A stretch of DNA of 64,000 bases from Octopus vulgaris (lineage: Eukaryota): assembly GCA_951406725.2 (NCBI GenBank), contig OX597836.1, forward strand, positions 23,374,001-23,438,000. The letters run 5' to 3'. The notes under the pieces are model-generated. The model was not told the DNA's origin and searched no databases. It was given only the letters and a program-made list of their open reading frames with translations. Shown piece by piece: positions 54,254 through 64,000 of this stretch (position 1 is its first letter; the number at the start of each line of letters is the position of its first letter). A program made the translations under genes and the position numbers.

Positions 54254-54464
54254 CTTTCTACTGTAGGTGCAAGTCCTGAAATTTGGAGGCAGGGGGACTA
54301 GTCGATTACATCAACCCCAGTGTTTCACTGGTACTTAATTTATCGACCCAGAAAGGATGAAAGGCAAAGTCGACGTCGGCGGAATTTGACTCAGAACACG
54401 AAGACGGACGAAATGCCGCTAAGCATTTCGTCCGGCGTGCTAACGATTCTGCCAACTGGCCGCC
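54254..54464 (-). mobile_element. SINE family B (tail type 2), full length
   Basis: Aligns to 53968-54183. Confidence 0.9.
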
Positions 54465-56314
54465 TTTATGATACTAATACCAATATTAATAAAAAGGACA
54501 ATTACGATGATGATGACTACGAGAACTACGATGTTTTTCTTTTTCTCTTCATTTGCTAAAACGTGACAAGAATTTATTTGAAACGGGATGTTCCTCTAGA
54601 TTTATGAGTATTGAGATTTCACAACGTTCATTCTTTTCCTGCAGAAATTAGCGGTGTAAATGAGATACGTTCCACTGGGAATTAGTGATTGAAATGAAGA
54701 ATCAATTTACTAATGCCTTTGCGTGTAATGAAAGAAAATAAAATGTACATGGAATGATTGTTGTGCATGAGATATAGTGAATTGCTTTCCACCAGAAATT
54801 AAAACCAGCGCCCTGAGACCGATCTCTTATACTACAGAATTGGCAACAGTTGGTGGAAGAGAAATAGCTTCTATTTTATTTGACACTTACCATCTCCTCT
54901 CTATAAAATAAGGAATCCTATCATTGGCACTAGAAAAAGTCTATAAAAGATTATTAATGAAATGAATCGATCTCACTATGCGCGGTATTCATTTTGTCTA
55001 AACGAAAATTCCAGATATTGAACCAGTACTCTTTCATAGCAGCTGCAAGACCACCATCCTCATCTCTTTTAATATGATAAAGTTTTTTTTACACAGGCGC
55101 AAGGTACATACTGTTACGGTGACGATATAGTCAAAGGTATCGATCCCAGGACATATTTTAGGCCGAAAAACAAAGTCAACTTCGACAGAATTTGAACTTA
55201 GAATGTAGAAAAACTTAACTATAAATATTGCAAGATATTTTTGTCCAACGCCCAACCATTTTTCCTCTCTATAAAATATGTAAAAAAAACAAGTATAAGA
55301 GTAAATTAACACTTCAGAATTTGATTTATTTCAAGTTTTTTGTTAAGATTTTCGTCTTAACTTTTAATTTTTTTCTTGAAACCTTTTTTTTTTTTTTTTT
55401 TTACATATTTGCATTCTTTCCATTAATTCTTTTATTTCAATTAATTATTCTCCTTCAGTTACTTTTCTAAACTGTTTACACCATTCTTTCAGCTTGTTTT
55501 TTTTTCTTTTCTCCTCTTTTATTCCATCTTTCTTCTTTTGTTATATATATTTTATTTTCTAGTTTCTTTCGCCTCTATGTCTTTATTTCATTTCCTTCCA
55601 TTTTCTCTTTTTTTTTCAAACTTCTTTTTCCCCATATTTTTTCCCTTTCATCAAATTTCCCCCGTTCCTTTTAATTTTATCTCTATTTTTGTGTCTCTTT
55701 TCTTTCTCTCTTTCCCACCCTTCTATTTTCTTTATACCATTCTTTTACTTCTTTTATTTTTTAAACTTGTTATTCTTTCATTATCTCGTATCTCGGCCTG
55801 TTTCTTAATTACATAATGTTACTTTCTATACAATATCACAGATGGCAACATTAAATCCACTAAAGCATGTATAATTAGAGAGAATGACGAAAAGAGTTAT
55901 ATAATCTGAATTTTTTGGAATATTTTACTGTTTTTCTTGATATTATTTGAGAGAAAAGGAATCCCCAACTCCTCAGGGAGAAAAAAACTAAATAAAAAAT
56001 ACACACACAACTTATGAAATGGGCACCAAATATATCAATGACAATGCTCACAAACTACTGCAATATATATCAATGATTATTGATTTCTTTTGTTTTCGCA
56101 TCAAACCCTATTCTTTCAAAGGGTTTGTGCAGTCCATTAACTCGATTCCAACATTTGACTGGTGCATATTTTGTCGACTGTCAAATGCTTGAAAAGCAGA
56201 GCCAACCTCATTAAATTTTTAGCTCAAAACTCAGGCAGGCAAAATTAGATGTTATAAAGGTAGTTAGTCTATTGATCTACCGTTTCTATAGATGTGTCAC
56301 ATTACCTATTATAA

Positions 56315-56526
56315 TCCTTTCTACTATAGGCACAAGGCCTGAAATTTTGGAGAAGAGACTTGTCAATTACATCGACCCCAGTGTTTCACTGGTACTTAAT
56401 TTATCGACCTCGAAAGAATGAAAGGCAAAGTTGACCTCAGTGGAATTTGAACTCAGAACGTAAAGACAGACGAAATATCGCCAAGCATTTTGCCCGGTGT
56501 GCTAACGATTCTGTCAGCTCGTCGCC
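56315..56526 (-). mobile_element. SINE family B (tail type 2)
   Basis: 14-bp TSD ATTACCTATTATAA (56301-56314 and 56529-56542). Confidence 0.92.
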
Positions 56527-56859
56527 ATATTACCTATTATAAATAACAACTACAACAATATCTTTGGTACAAGGTCACACATTTTAAAAGTAGGTTATAA
56601 CCGATTAATTACTGTTTCACTCATTGTTGCAATATTGCAAATTTGTAGAGAAGTTATCATTGATTAAATCAACCGCAGTATCTAACACAAACATTGAAAA
56701 AAATGAAAGTGGAATTGACTTAGGCAGAATTTGAACTCAGAACATAAAAATCCGTCAATAAATACTGGATGGTATTTTGTCTGACGTCCTTATTCTACCT
56801 ATCCACTCCGTCAGATATTAAGAATAATTATAATTATTATTCATATTAATAATAATTTT

Positions 56860-57062
56860 GGATCTATTCCATCTCAATCACAGATTTTTTAATTAATTTT
56901 TTTTAACAGTTTGAAACTTGGAATACTGGTAGAATAACTCACGTTGAACACGGTTTACTCTGAACGTTTTTGACCATATTTCGTATTTTAGAAGTTATTT
57001 CGTGTTAAAGTTGTCGCATTTGGGTAATTTCAGCCAATCAACGACGTGTATTCGGTTAAAGA
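56860..57062 (+). mobile_element. Older relative of the GGATC-terminated MITE family
   Basis: Starts GGATCT. Shares AAACTT.G.ATACTGGTAGAAT and AATTTCA.CCAATCAA.GAC with 62618-63035. Confidence 0.55.
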
Positions 57063-57475
57063 AAGCTACTACTGTTTGCAATATTAATAGAAGAGGAACA
57101 ACTTCCGGATCATGCTCGTAGACCCACTCACTCACTCACATAGACGTGTCGCAATTATAGTTACAGAACCTACAAAACTTCTGTCACATATGCATAGCCT
57201 AATCGATTTGTAAAGTGTCTCTAAAGTATACAAATCAAGTGATTTACTTACAAACGCTTTATAATTACTGAGAATGACTTATTCTTGAAACTACTATAAC
57301 AATTTTGAACACTATATAAAAGAGAACCAAAAAGATAGCTTCTACGGTCTGCTAAATATAGTTTGCAAAGCACATTCTACTGGCGTTACAACGGATTACC
57401 AGATTCGATAAGATAGTTCTAGATAGATTTTTATCGTATAAAAATCATGATGGTCACGGTTAGCACGCCTTTGAT

Positions 57476-57691
57476 TATGAGAGGGTGTTTAAAAGTTCCT
57501 TGCTTGGGACAAAAGAAAATACAGGGTGATAATTTAATCATGATTTTATTCAACATAATCATCTCTCAGATTCACACACTTATTGCAGCGGTCCTTCAGT
57601 TATTCGAAGCCCTGTAAAAGATCCCGGGAGTTTGGATCTTCAACCAGGCCTTTTGCGACACCCTTAAAGCCAAGAACTATTCAGTCACGTA
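57476..57691 (-). mobile_element. Short mariner-derived MITE retaining the transposase C-terminus
   Basis: Minus strand reads FLQGFE*LKDRCNKCVNLRDDYVE*. Imperfect TIRs AAAAGTTCCTTGCTT and AAAGCCAAGAACTATT, with TA at the ends. Confidence 0.65.
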
Positions 57692-57770
57692 AAAAGAAAA
57701 AGTATTAAGCCAAGGGAAAATACCCTCTCATTTTAGGTAACAGAAATGCTACAGAGAAATGTTATTTTGG

Positions 57771-57819
<49 letters not shown>

Positions 57820-59989
57820 TTCATGCTATATAAAACATATGTACGTTCTAGATAATGTTTTCACATTATATAACTATAATGAAATTATGGGATTCCACAG
57901 ACGCCACTTCCGGTTGTTATCGCAATTTACTTTCATTTTGTTTTTGTAGGAGACTAAACTGCTAGTTAACAGAGTTTATCTCAAACAATATCATTTATCA
58001 TATGCTTCCATTTTTAATGACAGTAGTGTGATTTGAGAGAAAATTGGCTGCTATTTCTAACAGGTAGATCAAGCATCACGTTTAATTGACAGGGCAAATA
58101 AGAACAATGACTTCTTTGTCTTGGGCGACACCGTGTATTACTGGTATTTAACGTGAGAAGATAGGTACCAGTAATAGATCTCTCTGTGATCACCCGACTG
58201 TGAGAAATAACACCTAAATCTCCCTCCTATCACCTTCCTACTGTATGGACAATGTGTCTGAAGACAAGGTGGGGGTGGTCATAGAAAAGCTTTTGATCAT
58301 AGGTTTGTTCGATGGAAATTGACCTGGGACTGAAAGTCAGTAACTAGAGCTCATTTTCTCAAGGTTCAATGATTATAAACCAATGTAACCAGTGCACGTT
58401 GAGAGTAGGAATGTTACCTTAAAATCTTTGTGTTTTCAATGCATGGAACTGAATGTCAGAAAACTGTATTGGTTTCTGACAATAAACTTGTTCCTGTGTT
58501 TCTACCACCACACCCATCTTTTAAAAGGATAGCTCATACATACATGAAACACCAGGGTCGTGCCATTCAAGAATGTATTAGCAGCCTAAGTGAAGCGGGT
58601 CTAATTAGGAATTGAAATCCGATCAAAAATTCTGCAGATAGCTTACCGCTACGGAATGTTGCAATTTAACCCAACGAAACAAAATGGGCGTAGGGGGAGA
58701 TTAGAATGACGATTTATAGGAAGAGATAAGAGTTATGTAATGCTCAGACTTTTCTCTAGGTCATTTGGGCCGGATGTAATAGAAAAAAGTATATAACCGG
58801 CAATAAAAACTGAATTATATATTTATTAAGTTCATTGACATCTAAACTGTTCCTCCACTATACGGTAGCGGAAAGGTCAAATCGGCAAGAATGTCTTATT
58901 GGTAATCGCAAATTGATCTAAAAAATAAGAAAAAGAATTATTTCTGATAAATACGTAACAATTTGCCAGATAGAAAAATTGTCTTTTTGAGAAAAAAAAA
59001 CAAAAAATAAAGCAAAACAAACAAAAAAACTGATTGGAAGGAAATGGTAAAAAGTGTAAATCACAGAAGTAAATAACCGCACAAATGATTGTTTTATAAC
59101 TACAAAGTGATGAAATGTTTAATCAATCTTTGGAGATTTGTATGAATTATTTAAGAGAGATGTAATGAAGCAGCTCTGCTGTCTGTACCATCTGTTGGTG
59201 GATGTGGATGGAAACCAACTCAACTGAGTGATTCAGCAGACTGAAATAATTTATCTTTTAAAGGTTTAAAGCAATAAAATAGAGATTACTAAGATTTGAG
59301 AACTTCAGCTTAGAGTGTAAAATATTTGCTGGATAGTTCATAATCTATTCGCCGCATCAAATGTTAATAGCACAAGTAAAATGCCTGCCCTCAAATTTGA
59401 ACAGAGATGAATGTATATCACTATAAGAGACATAAATACCATTTTTAAATCCCTCTAAAAATACGTGTCTATCAATTGCTTGTCACGGCTCTATCATATA
59501 CGCATTACTATTAAGAATAGTAATGCCTATAAGATAGAGCCGTGTGACAAGCAATTTATAGACACGTATGTTCAGAAGGATTTTAAAGTGGTGTTTATGA
59601 GTTGAGTATGACATAAATTCCATAAAGAACAGTAGAGAAAGCCGATGGCTTAAAGTGTTGATTTTTTGACAGAGTGCTATGAAGACCTCCGTTTGGAGCC
59701 ATTTTCTCTTAAGGTAGTTGTTAATGCTCCCGTGTCTAGCTCCAAAGGCACAGATACCATTCAATGTGTGGAACCGTAAACCTTGAAGTCAACCTGGAGA
59801 AAACTAAAAATGACTCGATTTTGTTTTGGTTGATGTACAGTCACCGGAGTGGGGTGGGGGCTGTTTTAGGAAATGATTACATTACAACTGAAGCAAAAAA
59901 AAAAAAAAAGAAAGAAAACGGAGCCTTGTTTGTAGAATAATTTTTTTTAACCCAAATTGTTTTGATTATATAAGAGATAATAGAATGGA

Positions 59990-60180
59990 TGGGATTCGGA
60001 AGAATCGTTGGAGCGTCGAACAAAAAGGATTTTTTTCTGGATCTACATTCTGAGTTCAAATTCCATCGACATCAACTTTGTCTTTCACCTTTGGGTAAAA
60101 TAGAGTAGCACTAAAGTATCGGGATCGATGGTATCGACTAACCCCTTTCGTTCAAAACTGTTGCCCTTGTACATAAATCA
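59990..60180 (+). mobile_element. Old SINE family B copy
   Basis: AGAATCGTTGGAGCGTCG..TTCTGAGTTCAAATTCC..ACTTTGTCTTTCA. Confidence 0.65.
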
Positions 60181-62113
60181 GAATTATTTATTTAGGAGGA
60201 AAATCTTTTGTCTTTAGCTTACTGAACTATCTAATTGTACGTGGGAACCGTCATCGTAGGCCGGTAGTGGTTAAAGCCATTGTGTCAAAGAATTTTCTAT
60301 AAGTAGTTCAAAGGAAATTTTACTGTTTCAAAGGATAAATCTTTTATTTTCACTCAATGAACTTCCTTCCTTTCTTCCTTCATTCCTTCCTTCGAAATGA
60401 ATCCGATATTTCTATTTTGCAAGTGGGAAAAAATACGTTGAAATGAATCTGTGTGTTTTCGTGGCGAAGACTAAGTTCTTTGATCAAGGTTTAATGTAAC
60501 GAGAAATTATTCCTCTTGGTGAAAAGGCGAGGTTTAATAGACTCTTCATACACAAAGAAATCGGTTATTTTCCTAACAAAATAAATAAATATAATGAATA
60601 TATCGACATTGACATAGATATGACAACTAATTATCTCTCCTTGCAATATTCATTTCAAATTACTTTACATTTTGGTTAACATTTCCAGCCGCATTTCATT
60701 GTGTCGTTTATTAATCAAGATTTTCTAACATTGACAGAAGCCCAGATAGTTTTAAAACAGGGTATTGCTGATCTAATGGACTTTAATACGCGACTATTTT
60801 GTCGAAAACGAAAAGATTAAACGCAAGGTCCACTTCTAAATATCCCAAACTTGATGGATGACTTTTCTGTCAGTCTACCGGATCTTAAATATAGTCGAGC
60901 AAAAGGAAAGCTTTTACTCGGTCAATAGGCCTTCTAAAATTGCGGCTAAATCTCATTCAAATTCACCCTTCCTTCTTGACAATGGCTGAATATACGGGAT
61001 ATCTCAGAACTGGATGTAGTTTGTCAGAAAATAAGACGAGATGGTTACGGTTAGAAAGCCGGTTGGACAGTAAAGGTGTGATGTAGAAAACCAAAGCACT
61101 TGTGAAGAAACAAAAAAAGAACGTAAATGAATCCGATGCATTTGCTTCAAACAAGAAATATAATACATTGAAAGGTCAATACAACAGAACAATATACAAG
61201 GCCAATGCAAGGCCCCTGAAAATAGAGCTGACCTGAATAAACAACATCAACCTTATGGAAAATTCATTAAAAAGAAGTACGCACACTGATCACTCATTTA
61301 AGAACCAGAGAAAGCATAAACATCAACTTTCTGTTTCATATGGATCTGACGTATAGCGGAATTACCCCCACCACTATATATAGAAGTATTGTCCAAACTA
61401 TACCGCCATATTTAAATAAAGGAGGTGAAGTAGCCTTTGTCATGCAGGATAGTTAAACGTTTTGATTCGAGATATTAATATATTAAACCGGACATACAAA
61501 ATATCGTCTGCGTGCTTGCCTAGGGACAAATATAATCTAAATAATTTCAATAGCAGACCGAGTGGTCATTGCCACATCACTCCTACAAACCACTGGCTGA
61601 AAACATCCAGCTGCGTCACACAGTAGTAAAAAGCTCGAAGCTAAAGCACCAAAATAGCCGCAGACAATTAAGTGAAATTAGTAACAGGATATATATATAT
61701 AGATATAGATATAGATATATATATATATATGTGTGTGTGTATGTGTGTGTGTGTTCAGTTCAGGAAAGGCAAGCATTTTCCGGAAAAGAATATTTAATAG
61801 CCCACAAAATCCTATCAAATATTTCACCATACTGTATGTCTGAAGAACTTTGTTGTGTTAAATTAACGATACGAGATTTGATACCACTTTTCAACCTTTG
61901 AGCAGTGGCAACTGTACGGAAGGATTATAGATGTATTACACGTTTAAAAGCTTCTGCTGGAAAAAAACCCCAAAAAAACTCATCAGGAGTTAGAATGAAA
62001 TTACAGGTGTTAATTACATTTAGACACTTTGAAAACATACCAGACATGTTTATGACATGAAGGAGGGAAAGCTCGAGATAAAACAAACAGTGCATAATAT
62101 ATTAGAATTGATA

Positions 62114-62325
62114 AGGCGGAGAGCTGGCAGAATGGTTAGCACGCCGGGCAAAATGCTCAGCAGTATTTCATCCGTCTTTGTGTTCTGAGTTCAAATTCCG
62201 TCGAGGTCGACTTTGACTTTCATCCTTTCGGGGGTTGAAAAATTATACCAGTTAAAATCTGGAGTCGATGTAACCGACTTACCACCCTCCCACTCTAAAT
62301 TACTGGCCTTGTGCCAATATATTAG
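62114..62325 (+). mobile_element. SINE family B (tail type 2-like)
   Basis: GGCGGAGAGCTGGCAGAATGGTTAGCACGCCGGGC head and the conserved core. Confidence 0.88.
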
Positions 62326-62617
62326 AACTGGTATTTATACATAGTATAGACGTACAACTTTATATATATATATATATATACAAGTGGATGTATACACGTG
62401 CGCGCGCGCATACACTCACATGCAGACCGAGAGGGAAAGATGAGTGGGAGAGCGTGACTGATAGAATTACTCGAATGTTGATGATGAGTATTTTCCTATT
62501 CACTTGTTTATTATTTTATTTGAAGAGAACTATAACAACACAACTGCTTACTTTAGAAGAGAATACTGAGATGTCTTGCTGAAAAGTTAAGCGTCGGGTC
62601 TAATGTTTTAGGATACC

Positions 62618-63035
62618 GGATCTTTTCGGTTTGAATGGCAGTTTTTTAAAAATAATTTCCACGTAACTAAACACTTTTAAACTTCGTATACTGGTAGAAT
62701 GTGTTTATAAAACATCTTTTTCTCTTGGCTTTATTGAGAAAATTCTATAGTTTGTAAGATATTTGTTGTTTTTTTTCTTCAATTTCTGCAATTTCAACCA
62801 ATCAATGACCGTCTATTGAGGTGAAAACATTCTGTGCCGTATGAATATGTACCTCGTTTAAGAAACAGAATGGATTTATTTACATTTCTGAAGAAAAAAA
62901 AATACCCTTCCCCCCACCCCCAACCCTAACCCTAAAACAGATTGAAATGCAATAGATCGATACTAGGGTCATAATTATGGGTGACAATTTCATATGACAC
63001 CGCTAGAAAAACTGCCGTTCAAACCGAAAAGATCC
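62618..63035 (-). mobile_element. MITE, second copy, in the opposite orientation to 34196-34605
   Basis: Same TIRs; TSD AGGATACC (62610-62617) and AGAATACC (63036-63043), a 7/8 match. Confidence 0.92.
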
Positions 63036-63107
63036 AGAATACCTTATATATTTTAAACCCCACCTGTAGTGAAGTTGTTCATTATGACAACTGTATTAAT
63101 CTTTTAA

Positions 63108-63310
63108 TCTTTTATCTTTTACTTGTTTCACTTATTTGACTGCGGCCATGCTGGGGCAGCGCCTTGAGGGGTTTTAGGTCGACCGAATCGATCTCGGGAC
63201 TTATCAGTTTTTTAAATCTGGGACTTATTCTTTCAGTCTTTTTTGCCAAACAGCTAAGCTACAAACTAGTACTGGTTGCCAAGCGGGGGAGGGGACACAT
63301 AGACACAAAG
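63108..63310 (-). mobile_element. SINE family A, 3' part
   Basis: TTTTACTTGTTTCA..TTTGACTGCGGCCATGCTGGGGCAGCGCC tail. Confidence 0.8.
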
Positions 63311-63314
63311 ACAT

Positions 63315-63357
63315 ACATTCATACATACATATATATATATATATATGCATATATATA

Positions 63358-63430
<73 letters not shown>

Positions 63431-63467
63431 TATATATAAATACATATATATATATATATACATATGC

Positions 63468-63498
<31 letters not shown>

Positions 63499-63736
63499 CA
63501 TATGCATATATATATATATATATATATACATATACATAAATATATATATATATATATATACATATATAACAATTAAGGGTAGAAATTGATATTATCAATT
63601 AAAACCATATATAACACATTAAAAATAATATAAGATATATAATATTTATATATACCAATTAAGGACTAAAAAATATATATATATATAACTATATATATAA
63701 TATTGACTGTCCACATATATTCGTGTTCAGTCCTTA

Positions 63737-63789
<53 letters not shown>

Positions 63790-63952
63790 ATATATATATA
63801 TATTTATACCTACATATATATATATTTATACCTACATATATATATATTTATACCTATATATATATATATTTATACCTATATATATATATTTATACCTACA
63901 TATATATATATTTATACCTACATATATATATATTTATACCTATATATATATA

Positions 63953-63994
<42 letters not shown>

Positions 63995-64000
63995 CCTATA
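63315..64000. repeat. (TA)n-rich tract with a TATATATTTATACCTA(CA) minisatellite
   Basis: Directly visible. Confidence 0.9.

Overview
This is AT-rich, repeat-dense animal genomic DNA. It is most likely a coleoid cephalopod (Octopus-like), inferred from the SINE families and the very high (TA)n/(CA)n/(TATC)n/(GA)n microsatellite load. I recognise no host protein-coding gene; nearly all listed ORFs are translations of microsatellites or repeats. The window is a layered set of mobile-element remnants: two abundant tRNA-derived SINE families (A and B, about 25 copies, several with clean TSDs); mariner remnants, including one built from two inverted 5' halves; two near-identical 8-bp-TSD MITEs; non-autonomous Helitron-like elements; a CR1/L2-group LINE RT pseudogene whose 3' end matches the SINE-A tail; RTE LINE pieces; and Penelope-type GIY-YIG relics. 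The most notable signals are several minimal hammerhead-ribozyme-like motifs (best at 24526-24568, minus strand), a perfect 25-bp hairpin of pre-miRNA size at 8077-8137, and SINE-B dimers sharing the same junction at two independent loci. Everything was read by eye; no database searches or folding were run.
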